Below, in pieces: positions 1 to 13,246 of a DNA stretch of 64,000 nucleotides (its first letter is position 1; each line of letters starts with the position of its first letter). The stretch is taken from assembly GCF_030013205.1 (NCBI RefSeq), contig NZ_CP122648.1; one strand, written 5' to 3'. Both the position numbers and the translations under genes were made by a program. Source of the DNA: Escherichia coli. Its GTDB lineage: Bacteria > Pseudomonadota > Gammaproteobacteria > Enterobacterales > Enterobacteriaceae. The notes below the pieces were generated by a model. It was not told the DNA's origin. It made no database searches and saw nothing but the letters and a program-made list of their open reading frames with translations.

Positions 1-569
1 CTGTCGGTAGCCTGACGCAGGCTGTCATCCGGGCTGGTCACGCTATACAGATATTTTTCCGGATTGGTGACGCGGTACTGCACGTTCATCTCAACGCGCA
101 CTACGTTCTCGTCCGACGTCAGCATCACACCAGAAGCGGCCAGTTCACGCACGGCTTCCACGTTCACCGGTTTGACTTCGTCGATAAACGTCGGTTTCCA
201 GTTCAGACCCGGCTCAACCAGATGGCTGAATTTACCAAAGCGTGTTACCACGCCACGTTCGGCTTCTTTAATGGTATAGAAACCACTGGCCGCCCAGATA
301 ATGACAATCGCTGCCGCTGCGATGGTAACGACACGACCGCCAAGCTGCGGGCGCGGGCCTTGCGATGAACTGCCACCGCCAGATCCGGTGCCTTTACCGC
401 CGCCCAGACCACCGAGCTTTTTGCTCAGTTTGCGGAAGATATCATCTAAATCAGGTGGCCCTTGATCGCGACCGCCTTTGTTTCCATTTCCCTCAGAGTT
501 GCCGCCAGGTTTGCTGCTTCCCCACGGGTCGCGGTCTTGTCCGTTATTACCGGGCTGATTCCACGCCAT
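1..569 (-). CDS. hflK: HflK, FtsH protease modulator (N-terminal part; gene runs off window start)
   Basis: Minus-strand ATG at 569-567; translation begins MAWNQPGNNGQDRDPWGSSKPGG with Gly/Ser-rich linker typical of HflK; sits about 85 bp downstream of hflX as in the hfq-hflX-hflK operon. Confidence 0.9.
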   Translation of the reverse strand, partial: MAWNQPGNNGQDRDPWGSSKPGGNSEGNGNKGGRDQGPPDLDDIFRKLSKKLGGLGGGKGTGSGGGSSSQGPRPQLGGRVVTIAAAAIVIIWAASGFYTIKEAERGVVTRFGKFSHLVEPGLNWKPTFIDEVKPVNVEAVRELAASGVMLTSDENVVRVEMNVQYRVTNPEKYLYSVTSPDDSLRQATD

Positions 570-653
570 GTTTGTGCTCCATATTTGTTATGCGGTGATC
601 CCTGTTGTCTTTCGACGCCAGAGGATAGACTCCACGCTTCAGACGCTACGCCG

Positions 654-1934
654 TTAGATCAAGTAATCGATCAACGCCGGTTCTTGTTTACAGAGGCGAC
701 GCCAGTCAACGATCGGCATACGAACTTGCAGACTTACGCTGCCGTCCTCCTCCATCCACTCTTTTTCTATTGCCTGAAGCTGATAAAAACGACTTCTCAG
801 ACGCCCTTCCTGCGGTGGCAGACGCAATGTATGCTGCGCCACCTCGCCGGAAAGCCGCTCCGTCAAAGCCTGAAAAAGCTGTGGTATCCCCGCTCCGGTC
901 TGTGCGGAAAGCCAGACACGGATCGGTTTGTTCTCTTCGTCCCGATCAATACGCGGTTCGAAATCTTCCAGCATATCGATCTTGTTCATCACCAGCAGGG
1001 TTGGGATCTCGTGAGCGTCGATCTCTTCAAGAACCGTATTTACCGCTTCGATGTTTTCTTGTACACGCACATCCGCCGCATCAATGACGTGCAGCAGCAA
1101 TGTGGCTTGCCGCGTCTCTTGTAACGTGGCTTTAAATGCCGCCACCAGATCGTGCGGCAGGTGGCGAATAAACCCTACGGTATCAGCCAACACGGTTTCA
1201 CCGACATCTGCGACGTCAATACGCCGCAACGTCGGGTCGAGGGTGGCAAACAACTGGTCTGCCGCGTAGACCCGCGCTTCGGTGATGCGATTGAAAAGGG
1301 TAGATTTACCGGCGTTGGTATATCCCACCAGCGAAACAGTAGGAACGTCGGCTTTGATACGCGATTGCCGCCCCTGCTCACGCTGCTTTTCAACTCTTTC
1401 CAGGCGCGACTGTATCTGCACGATGCGATTACGCAACAAACGACGGTCGGTTTCGAGCTGGGTTTCACCCGGACCACGCAAACCTATCCCGCCTTTCTGT
1501 CTTTCAAGGTGGGTCCAGCCACGCACCAGGCGCGTAGCCAGATGGCGCAGCTGCGCCAGCTCAACCTGCAACTTACCCTCATGGGTACGCGCACGTTGGG
1601 CGAAAATATCTAAAATAAGGCCGGTGCGGTCGATGACACGACACTCGCACAAACGCTCCAGGTTACGCTCTTGCGCCGGACTCAGGGCATGGTCAAAAAG
1701 AACGACCGAAGCACCCGTCGCTTTGACAGCTTCCGCAATTTCAACTGCTTTACCTTCACCTACAAAATACTTTGGGTGCGGCGCTTTACGGCTACCGGTA
1801 ATCACCTGCAATGCTTCGACACCGGCGGAAGAGACCAGAGATTCAAACTCCTGGAGGTCTTCCATATCTTTGTCTTGCGTAAAATAGATGTGTACCAGTA
1901 CCGCCTGCTCACCAGCATCATAACGGTCAAACAA
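654..1934 (-). CDS. hflX: GTPase HflX
   Basis: 426-aa ORF; G1 motif [10 protein letters not shown]3 DTVGF, NKID; position between hfq and hflK. Confidence 0.95.
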   Translation of the reverse strand: MFDRYDAGEQAVLVHIYFTQDKDMEDLQEFESLVSSAGVEALQVITGSRKAPHPKYFVGEGKAVEIAEAVKATGASVVLFDHALSPAQERNLERLCECRVIDRTGLILDIFAQRARTHEGKLQVELAQLRHLATRLVRGWTHLERQKGGIGLRGPGETQLETDRRLLRNRIVQIQSRLERVEKQREQGRQSRIKADVPTVSLVGYTNAGKSTLFNRITEARVYAADQLFATLDPTLRRIDVADVGETVLADTVGFIRHLPHDLVAAFKATLQETRQATLLLHVIDAADVRVQENIEAVNTVLEEIDAHEIPTLLVMNKIDMLEDFEPRIDRDEENKPIRVWLSAQTGAGIPQLFQALTERLSGEVAQHTLRLPPQEGRLRSRFYQLQAIEKEWMEEDGSVSLQVRMPIVDWRRLCKQEPALIDYLI

Positions 1935-2010
1935 GCGTATAACCCTCTAAATAGATCAGCGGGGAACGCAGGATCGCTGGCTCCCCGTGTAAAAAAAACA
2001 GCCCGAAACC

Positions 2011-2331
<321 letters not shown>

Positions 2332-2404
2332 TTATATGCTTATTTGTACTTTGAACCTTTCGATTCTGAAAAAATTGCGCACGATACGTCTCAATTGTAC
2401 ACAT

Positions 2405-3355
2405 TCAGCCTGCGATAGCACCAACAACCTGTAATACTTCGTCACGCGCTTGTTCTGGTTTTTCACTGTCAAGCCAGTGAACCCCTTCCCAACCACGCAG
2501 CCAGGTTATCTGCCGCTTCGCCAACTGTCTCGTGGCGCAAACACCTCGATAAACCATTTCATCGTATGAGATTTCGCCTTCAAGGTAAGACCACATCTGG
2601 CGATAACCCACGCAACGAATGGAAGGCAAGTCCGTATGCAAATCTCCTCGGGCAAAAAGCGCCCGGACTTCTGCTTCAAAACCTGAAGCCAACATCTGAT
2701 GAAAACGCTGCTCAATTCGTTGATGGAGCAGTTCACGGCTCGCCGGGGCGATGGCGAACTGATGCACCTGATACGGTAGAGCGTCTCCTGACGTTTGCGT
2801 CAGTTCCGTTAAAGTTTTACCCGAAATGAAAAAAACTTCCAGTGCCCGGGAAAGCCTTTGTGGATCATTTGGATGAATCCTTGCTGCCGCAACCGGATCG
2901 ATCTCCTGAAGTTGACGATGCAATGACTCCCAACCTTGCTCTGCCGCCTGTTGCTCAATTCTGGCCCGCACTTCCGGGTCTGCCGACGGTAGCGGCGACA
3001 ACCCTTCCAGCAATGCCTTGAAATACAACATCGTACCGCCCACTAACAGTGGGATCCGCCCCGCCGCGGTGATATCGGCCATTTCCGCCAGCGCATCGCG
3101 GCGAAAATCAGCAGCCGAGTAAGCCTGCGACGGATCGCGAATATCCAGCAATCGGTGCGGCGCGGCGAGTAACTCTTCAGCGTTCGGCTTCGCCGTCCCG
3201 ATATCCATCCCTTTGTAAATAAGGGCAGAATCAACGCTTATCAACTCTACTGGTAAAATTTTACGCAGCTCAATGGCTAACGCCGTTTTACCGGAGGCCG
3301 TCGGCCCCATCAAAAAAATCGCCTTAGGCAGGCTCGCCTTACTGATATCACTCAT
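2405..3355 (-). CDS. miaA: tRNA dimethylallyltransferase MiaA
   Basis: 316-aa ORF with P-loop GPTASGKT; overlaps 3' end of mutL by 8 nt as in the mutL-miaA-hfq operon. Confidence 0.95.
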
Positions 3356-5195
3356 CTTTCAGGGCTTTTATCGCCGGATGTAAATCAACAGATTGTAACA
3401 GACCACCCGGCGGCGTTTTCACAAGTTGCGGACATAACCGTTCCACGTCCGCTAGCAGGGTTATGGCCTGTGCCATTGACCACTGCGCATGTTCGCTCAT
3501 CAGATTTCGTGCAATCCACTGCGCAATATTGCCAGGTTCGAATACGGACTGCTTCGCCAGGTAGCCTATCAGTTCAGGAATCAAGATTTGTAAATTTTGT
3601 TGGCGTAAGGGTAAAGGCACGGCCCTGATGGTCACATGCTGTGCATCTGACTGGAAATCAATACCCAATTCCGCCAGGGCAGACTGCGCTTTTTCTAATG
3701 CCGATTTTTCTTCGCCAGAAACTTTTAGCCGCAACGGAATAAGCAACGGCTGGGCGCAAACTGGCGCTTCACCCGGCGTCAGTTGCGCCTGACGCAGCCA
3801 ACGTTCTGCCACTGGCAAGGCTAAAAGTGAAATGTTGCCGTCGCGCTCCAGCAACGCACAGTCGGAATGAACGATAGTCAGTACCCGACCAAAACTCTGA
3901 CTGTTCGCCGCAAGTGCAGGTTCCTGCGGTTCTGGCGCTTTTGGTTTTTGCATCGGCGCGGGCGTTTGCAAAAGCTGGCGATACACTTCACCTTGCTGTT
4001 TCTGGTAACCTGGCTGCGCATTCGGCCAGGGGGCAGCCGGACGACTGCCTGAGGCGGGCGCAGGAGTGTAACGCGGAGCTACTGGCTCACGAAATGCCGG
4101 TTCAGCAAAATGATTGCGCCCCGCCGCCACGCGGTTTTCCGGGATGGCGCGCGGTGCAGGTTGTGGTTCATCGTCCAGCGGTAGCGGCGTTTCCAGTTGC
4201 TGTTGTAGCACGCTCAGCACGCCCTGATAGATAAAATCATGCACCAGACGCGACTGATGGAAACGCACTTCGTGTTTGGCAGGGTGCACGTTGACGTCCA
4301 CCTGATGTGGGTCGATCTCCAGATACAGCACAAATGCCGGTTGCTGATCGGCCCCCAGTTTGTCTTCACAGGCCTGGCGGATCGCGTGATTGATCAGGCG
4401 ATCGCGCATCATGCGACCATTCACATAGCAATACTGAATTTCCGCCAGTGCGGGCGTGGTGTGATTCGGATCTGCCACCCAGCCGCGCAGCGTAAGATCG
4501 CCGTGTTGCCATTCAATCGCCAGCGCTTGTTCGAGAAAAGCGGTACCGCAAATCGCGCCTAAGCGCCGTTCTTTTTGCCCGCCTTCCGGCACTGCGCGGT
4601 ACTGACGCACAATTTTACCGTTATGCGACAGGTTGATCGTGACGTCGAAACGCGCCAGCGCAATGCGGCGGATGATCTCATCAATGTGGTTAAATTCGGT
4701 TTTCTCGGTGCGCAGGAATTTGCGCCGCGCCGGGGTGTTGTAGAACAGATCCAGCACCTCCAGCGTCGTTCCCACAGGATGCGCCGCCGGTTTTACCGTC
4801 ACGTCCATATCGCGCCCTTCGGCATAGGCCTGCCAGGCTTCCTGCTGTTCTGCGGTACGTGAAGTGAGCGTCAGGCGGGAAACCGAACTGATACTCGCCA
4901 GAGCCTCACCGCGAAAGCCCAGGCTGATAATGGCTTCGAGATCGTCCAGAGAGGCGATTTTACTGGTGGCATGACGAGCCAGCGCCAGCGCCAGCTCATC
5001 TTTTTTGATACCGCAGCCGTTATCACGAATGCGGATAAGTTTCGCCCCACCGCGTTCGATATCAATATCGATACGCGTCGCACCTGCATCGAGGCTGTTT
5101 TCCACCAGTTCTTTGACTACCGACGCAGGTCGCTCGACCACCTCACCTGCGGCAATCTGGTTCGCCAGTTGTGGCGGTAAGACCTGAATTGGCAT
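3348..5195 (-). CDS. mutL: DNA mismatch repair protein MutL
   Basis: 615 aa from second Met ([38 protein letters not shown]), GHKL ATPase motifs. Confidence 0.95.
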
Positions 5196-5204
5196 CAATA
5201 ATCC

Positions 5205-6542
5205 TTAGTTTGGCAGCGTGCGATCTGGCGTCGTCACCGTACTGGCCGTTTGTGCCGCTGTACCCTGCGGCGCAGATTGCATCGGATGCGCAAGGAAATA
5301 ATTACGCAGGCCTTTGTAAATGGCTTCTGCCAGCTGTTGTTGGTAATCGTCGCTCGCCAGCAAACGTTCTTCGCTGTTGTTGCTGATAAAACCGGTTTCG
5401 ACCAGTACTGATGGGATATCCGGCGAGCGCAGAACGCCAAGGCTGGCGTGTTCTGGTCGACGTTTATGAATTTCGCCAATGCGTTGCAACTGACTGATCA
5501 TACTGGTCGCTACATCATACCCTACCCGCTGGGAATGACCGAACTGTAAATCCAGCACCGCCTGGCTTAAATAGGGGTCAGACTGACTGTTCGCCAGCAC
5601 ATCGCCCGCTCCGCCCAATAGCTCCGACTGTTTCTCATGCTGTTCCAGCCAGCTTGCCATCTCGCTGTTTGCACGACGGTTAGAGAGCACCCATACGGAA
5701 GCGCCAGTCGCACTGCGGTTTGGTGCGGCATCAGCGTGAATCGACACGAGGAAATTGGCGTTTTGCTTACGTGCCACATCGCTGCGCCCCATCACCGAAA
5801 TAAAGTAATCCCCATCACGAGTTAAAACGCCTTTAAACATCGGATCGTCATTGAGCAAAGTACGCAATTTACGCGCGATGGCGATGGTGACATTTTTCTC
5901 CCGCGTACCACCGGGGCCGATAGCGCCAGGATCCTGACCGCCGTGTCCGGCATCAATAGCGATGATAATTTTATCGCCTGTGTTAGCCGTCGCACGCGCT
6001 GCCGGACGCGTTACCGTATTACTGCTGATAACACCCGTAGTGCGGTTACTTTCCGTTTTAAACGGATTGCGCGCCGGTTCGCTGACGCGCGGTGCGACAA
6101 CCGCAGGCGTTTCAACGCGTTTCGCAACCACAGGCGGCGGAGGAGGCGGTGGCGGCGCATCGGCGTTAATCGTAAAGACGACAGTGTAATTGCTGCCATT
6201 CTGCCGCTTCACCGCTTCGGTTTTACCATTTTCGGTAAGATCGACCACCAGCCGTAGCGTTTGTGCATCTTTAGGCGTTCCAGAGCGAATCGCCTTCACC
6301 AGATTATTGCCGCTGAACAACAACGGCAGTCCCTGAATCACGCCCGTTTGTTTGATATCGAGCGCCACGGTGCGTTTGCTTTGATGGCTAAACGCATAAT
6401 CAGGATCGCCAATAAAACTCAACGTTATCCGCGCCTGTTGGTTGCCGTTAGAAACCTGAATATCAGAGAGCGTCGCGGCACCCACCGGCGCGCACAGCAG
6501 CAGCAACGTCGCTACCAACCAATTTCTGATGCGATACATCAT
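5205..6542 (-). CDS. amiB: N-acetylmuramoyl-L-alanine amidase AmiB
   Basis: 445 aa from internal Met ([16 protein letters not shown] signal peptide); amidase_3 core; contains an 8-proline run. Confidence 0.93.
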   Translation of the reverse strand: MMYRIRNWLVATLLLLCAPVGAATLSDIQVSNGNQQARITLSFIGDPDYAFSHQSKRTVALDIKQTGVIQGLPLLFSGNNLVKAIRSGTPKDAQTLRLVVDLTENGKTEAVKRQNGSNYTVVFTINADAPPPPPPPPVVAKRVETPAVVAPRVSEPARNPFKTESNRTTGVISSNTVTRPAARATANTGDKIIIAIDAGHGGQDPGAIGPGGTREKNVTIAIARKLRTLLNDDPMFKGVLTRDGDYFISVMGRSDVARKQNANFLVSIHADAAPNRSATGASVWVLSNRRANSEMASWLEQHEKQSELLGGAGDVLANSQSDPYLSQAVLDLQFGHSQRVGYDVATSMISQLQRIGEIHKRRPEHASLGVLRSPDIPSVLVETGFISNNSEERLLASDDYQQQLAEAIYKGLRNYFLAHPMQSAPQGTAAQTASTVTTPDRTLPN

Positions 6543-6560
6543 CCCGCCACCTTTCAAAGG

Positions 6561-8526
<1,966 letters not shown>

Positions 8527-8539
8527 TGTATGGTCCGTC

Positions 8540-9679
8540 ATGTCAGAGCCCCTCGATCTCAATCAGTTAGCGCAAAAAATTAAACAGTGGGGGCTGGAAC
8601 TGGGCTTTCAGCAGGTAGGTATTACCGATACCGATCTCAGCGCGTCCGAGCCCAAACTGCAAGCATGGCTGGACAAACAATACCACGGCGAAATGGACTG
8701 GATGGCGCGTCACGGTATGCTGCGTGCTCGTCCTCACGAATTATTGCCCGGTACGCTGCGCGTGATCAGCGTGCGGATGAATTACCTTCCTGCTAACGCC
8801 GCATTTGCCAGCACGCTGAAAAATCCCAAACTCGGCTATGTTAGCCGTTATGCGCTGGGCCGTGACTATCACAAGCTTCTGCGCAACCGACTCAAAAAGC
8901 TGGGCGAGATGATTCAGCAACATTGTGTTTCGCTGAATTTTAGACCGTTTGTCGATTCTGCGCCTATTCTCGAGCGCCCGTTAGCTGAAAAAGCAGGACT
9001 TGGCTGGACAGGTAAGCACTCACTTATCCTCAATCGCGAAGCCGGTTCGTTCTTCTTTTTAGGCGAATTGCTGGTCGATATTCCGCTGCCCGTGGATCAA
9101 CCAGTCGAGGAAAGATGCGGTAAATGCGTGGCCTGTATGACGATTTGCCCGACCGGTGCCATCGTCGAGCCATATACCGTAGATGCTCGCCGCTGCATTT
9201 CTTATCTGACGATAGAACTGGAAGGGGCGATCCCGGAAGAGTTACGCCCGTTAATGGGAAACCGTATTTACGGTTGCGATGACTGCCAGCTTATCTGCCC
9301 GTGGAATCGCTATTCACAACTCACTACAGAAGACGATTTCAGCCCGCGTAAGCCGCTACACGCACCGGAACTCATTGAGTTATTCGCCTGGAGCGAAGAG
9401 AAGTTTTTAAAAGTCACGGAAGGATCGGCGATTCGCCGTATAGGTCACCTGCGCTGGCTGCGTAATATCGCCGTGGCATTAGGCAATGCCCCCTGGGATG
9501 AAACGATTCTGGCGGCGCTGGAGAGTCGCAAAGGTGAGCACCCACTTCTTGATGAGCACATAGCGTGGGCGATTGCGCAGCAAATAGAGAGACGAAATGC
9601 GTGCGTGGTCGAAGTGCAATTGCCGAAAAAACAGCGTCTGGTTCGGGTGATTGAAAAAGGGTTACCGCGTGACGCCTGA
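8540..9679 (+). CDS. queG: epoxyqueuosine reductase QueG
   Basis: 379 aa from internal ATG at 8540 (MSEPLDLNQLAQKIKQWGLELGF); two 4Fe-4S cysteine motifs CGKCVACMTICP and CDDCQLICP. Confidence 0.9.
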   Translation: MSEPLDLNQLAQKIKQWGLELGFQQVGITDTDLSASEPKLQAWLDKQYHGEMDWMARHGMLRARPHELLPGTLRVISVRMNYLPANAAFASTLKNPKLGYVSRYALGRDYHKLLRNRLKKLGEMIQQHCVSLNFRPFVDSAPILERPLAEKAGLGWTGKHSLILNREAGSFFFLGELLVDIPLPVDQPVEERCGKCVACMTICPTGAIVEPYTVDARRCISYLTIELEGAIPEELRPLMGNRIYGCDDCQLICPWNRYSQLTTEDDFSPRKPLHAPELIELFAWSEEKFLKVTEGSAIRRIGHLRWLRNIAVALGNAPWDETILAALESRKGEHPLLDEHIAWAIAQQIERRNACVVEVQLPKKQRLVRVIEKGLPRDA

Positions 9680-9948
9680 TTCATCCACAGCTTGTGAATA
9701 AAAATAAAAACGCATTGCAATTCAAGACGAATAAAATCGTCAAGTGATCGACTCAACAAAACGAAATCTTAATTTTTAACTTATCTATCAATAGATTAAA
9801 AAAATACTATTCACCGTGCGAAGTTTCTTTGAAATTAAGATTACGGCCTGAGGCTGTGGATAACTCTGTTTACAAGAGTTTGTCAGAGACAACAAAAACC
9901 AGCAATAACGCATCGCGTCGCTGTGGATATTTTATTGAGAGAAGAATT

Positions 9949-10024
<76 letters not shown>

Positions 10025-10181
10025 TTAATCTTCGTCTTTCGAACCGCTACTGCCTTGGCTGCCTTCACTCACCTTAGTCACTTACTTTTGTAAGCTCCCA
10101 AGGATTCGTTCAGTTGCCGCCTTGTCGCAATTCGAAATACTGCGATTGGGTGGTCTGTGCTTTGCAGCACTTTTCAAATTT

Positions 10182-10257
<76 letters not shown>

Positions 10258-10467
10258 GTACTACTTAATTTTGCTTTCGTAATTTTCGCATTTCTGCGTC
10301 GTTACGGGAGGCGCATTATACGAGAAATCTTTCCCTCTGCAACCCCCCTAAAAAATTTTTTTTGAGTTTTTATCTCAAGTGCTGAAATTATCAGCAAGAC
10401 GTTCAATTTAGCGTCAAAATCACGCCGCCGCAAGTGGATTCCGGCGCTTACGTGACCAGGAAAAATT

Positions 10468-11013
10468 TTACAGCTTGATAAAATGCTCGCGGTAGTAAGC
10501 CAGCTCCGCCACCGACTCACGGATATCATCCATCGCCTGATGCGTCCCCTGCTTGGTAAAACCATCAAGAATTGCCGGCTTCCAGCGGCGCGCCAGCTCT
10601 TTCAGTGTGCTGACATCGAGATAACGGTAGTGAAAGTAGGCTTCCAGCTCCGGCATGTATTTAAACAGGAAGCGACGATCCTGGCCGATGCTGTTACCGC
10701 AAATCGGCGATTTTCCCGCAGGCACCCACTGTTTTAAGAATTCGAGCGTTGCCAGTTCAGCTTCACGATCGCCCATTGTGCTCGCTTTCACGCGCTCCAC
10801 CAGCCCGCTGGCGGTATGGGTGCGCACGTTCCAGTCATCCATCAGCGCCAGCTGTTCATCAGACTGGTGTACTGCAATGGTCGGCCCTTCTGCCAGAATA
10901 TTCAGGTTGGCATCGGTCACCAGCGTGGCAATCTCAATAATGCGATCGCGCTCGGGATCCAGACCGGTCATCTCAAGATCGATCCAAATCAGGTTGTTTT
11001 CATTGGCACTCAT
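10468..11013 (-). CDS. orn: oligoribonuclease Orn
   Basis: 181 aa from internal Met [29 protein letters not shown] (DEDDh exonuclease motif). Confidence 0.93.
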   Translation of the reverse strand: MSANENNLIWIDLEMTGLDPERDRIIEIATLVTDANLNILAEGPTIAVHQSDEQLALMDDWNVRTHTASGLVERVKASTMGDREAELATLEFLKQWVPAGKSPICGNSIGQDRRFLFKYMPELEAYFHYRYLDVSTLKELARRWKPAILDGFTKQGTHQAMDDIRESVAELAYYREHFIKL

Positions 11014-11107
11014 GCTATTTTCCACCCATTCACAGTGACTATATTGATCCACAATTGCGTGTATCATAGATGTTTTGCCCATCAGGGGCGACCAGGAGTC
11101 TGTACGA

Positions 11108-12160
11108 TTGAGTAAAAATAAACTCTCCAAAGGCCAGCAGCGCCGCGTGAACGCCAATCACCAGCGTCGTCTTAAAACGTCTAAGGAGAAGCCCGACTAC
11201 GACGACAATCTGTTTGGCGAGCCTGATGAAGGTATCGTCATCAGCCGCTTTGGTATGCACGCTGATGTGGAATCCGCCGATGGCGACGTTCACCGCTGCA
11301 ATATTCGCCGTACCATCCGTTCGCTGGTGACCGGCGACCGCGTAGTCTGGCGTCCGGGTAAACCGGCGGCGGAAGGCGTAAATGTCAAAGGGATCGTGGA
11401 AGCGGTGCATGAGCGCACCTCGGTGTTGACGCGCCCGGACTTCTACGACGGCGTGAAACCTATTGCCGCCAACATCGACCAGATTGTTATTGTCTCCGCC
11501 ATTTTGCCGGAGCTGTCGCTCAATATTATCGACCGTTACCTGGTGGCCTGCGAAACCTTGCTGATTGAGCCGATTATTGTGCTCAACAAGATAGACCTGC
11601 TGGACGACGAAGGCATGGAGTTCGTCAACGAACAGATGGATATCTACCGCAACATTGGTTATCGCGTATTGATGGTTTCCAGTCATACTCAGGATGGGCT
11701 GAAACCGCTGGAAGAGGCGTTGACCGGACGCATCAGCATTTTTGCCGGGCAGTCTGGCGTTGGCAAATCCAGCCTGCTTAACACGTTGCTGGGGCTGCAA
11801 AAAGAGATCCTGACCAACGATGTTTCTGACAACTCGGGTCTCGGTCAGCACACCACGACCGCCGCTCGGCTGTATCACTTCCCGCACGGCGGTGATGTGA
11901 TTGACTCCCCAGGTGTGCGTGAGTTCGGCCTCTGGCACCTGGAGCCGGAACAAATCACTCAGGGCTTTGTCGAATTCCATGACTACTTAGGTCTGTGTAA
12001 ATATCGCGATTGCAAACACGATACCGATCCGGGCTGCGCTATCCGGGAAGCGGTTGAGGAAGGGAAAATCGCGGAAACCCGTTTCGAAAACTATCACCGT
12101 ATTCTGGAAAGCATGGCGCAGGTAAAAACGCGTAAAAACTTTTCTGATACGGATGACTGA
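11108..12160 (+). CDS. rsgA: ribosome small subunit biogenesis GTPase RsgA (YjeQ)
   Basis: 350 aa from TTG at 11108 giving [20 protein letters not shown]; circularly permuted GTPase motifs NKIDLL and [12 protein letters not shown]; C-terminal zinc-finger cysteines. Confidence 0.9.
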   Translation: MSKNKLSKGQQRRVNANHQRRLKTSKEKPDYDDNLFGEPDEGIVISRFGMHADVESADGDVHRCNIRRTIRSLVTGDRVVWRPGKPAAEGVNVKGIVEAVHERTSVLTRPDFYDGVKPIAANIDQIVIVSAILPELSLNIIDRYLVACETLLIEPIIVLNKIDLLDDEGMEFVNEQMDIYRNIGYRVLMVSSHTQDGLKPLEEALTGRISIFAGQSGVGKSSLLNTLLGLQKEILTNDVSDNSGLGQHTTTAARLYHFPHGGDVIDSPGVREFGLWHLEPEQITQGFVEFHDYLGLCKYRDCKHDTDPGCAIREAVEEGKIAETRFENYHRILESMAQVKTRKNFSDTDD

Positions 12161-12202
12161 CAATTAAGCTAACCGTCGTTAGAATCGTCCCCTTTTTTTC
12201 AG

Positions 12203-12224
12203 GATCCGGCATGTAGGCCGGATC
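12203..12224. repeat. REP-like palindromic hairpin in rsgA-psd intergenic region
   Basis: gatccggc-atgtag-gccggatc perfect 8-bp inverted repeat; no downstream T-tract. Confidence 0.3.
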
Positions 12225-12256
12225 AGGAACGACAAAACAATGGCCTGGAGGCTACC

Positions 12257-13225
12257 TTGTTAAATTCATTTAAACTTTCGCTACAGTACATTCTGCCGAA
12301 ACTATGGCTTACTCGCCTGGCGGGTTGGGGCGCAAGCAAGCGGGCAGGATGGTTGACAAAACTGGTTATCGATCTGTTCGTTAAATACTACAAGGTCGAC
12401 ATGAAAGAGGCGCAAAAGCCGGACACCGCCAGCTACCGCACCTTTAACGAATTCTTTGTCCGTCCGCTGCGTGACGAAGTACGCCCAATCGATACCGATC
12501 CGAATGTCCTGGTTATGCCTGCCGATGGCGTTATCAGCCAGTTGGGTAAAATCGAAGAAGATAAAATCCTGCAAGCCAAAGGCCACAACTACAGCCTCGA
12601 AGCCCTGCTGGCAGGCAACTATCTGATGGCGGACCTGTTCCGCAACGGTACGTTTGTGACCACTTACCTCTCCCCGCGTGACTACCACCGCGTACACATG
12701 CCGTGCAACGGTATTCTGCGTGAGATGATCTACGTGCCAGGCGATCTCTTCTCCGTTAACCATCTCACCGCTCAGAACGTGCCGAATCTGTTTGCCCGTA
12801 ACGAACGCGTGATCTGCCTGTTCGATACCGAATTTGGCCCAATGGCGCAGATTCTGGTCGGGGCGACGATTGTTGGCAGCATTGAGACGGTCTGGGCGGG
12901 CACCATTACGCCGCCGCGCGAAGGTATCATCAAGCGCTGGACCTGGCCTGCCGGGGAAAACGACGGTTCTGTGGCACTGCTGAAAGGCCAGGAAATGGGT
13001 CGCTTTAAACTCGGTTCCACCGTTATCAACCTGTTTGCACCGGGTAAAGTGAATCTGGTTGAGCAACTGGAAAGCCTGTCTGTCACGAAAATTGGCCAGC
13101 CGCTGGCAGTATCTACCGAAACCTTTGTTACGCCAGACGCTGAACCCGCCCCGCTTCCTGCTGAAGAGATCGAAGCAGAACACGACGCCAGCCCATTGGT
13201 TGACGATAAAAAAGACCAGGTCTAA
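12257..13225 (+). CDS. psd: phosphatidylserine decarboxylase proenzyme
   Basis: 322-aa [27 protein letters not shown], full-length match to Psd by recall. Confidence 0.95.
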
Positions 13226-13246
13226 TCCATCAAAGGAAACGCTGAC

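Noticed and set aside
462-1124. 220-aa + strand ORF
   Set aside because: Lies antisense across the hflK start and hflX 3' end; the minus-strand genes have strong full-length family matches, so this is a shadow ORF
10025-10181. Third tRNA-Gly copy in the spacer
   Set aside because: The 157-bp spacer has no cloverleaf-compatible sequence or similarity to the flanking tRNA
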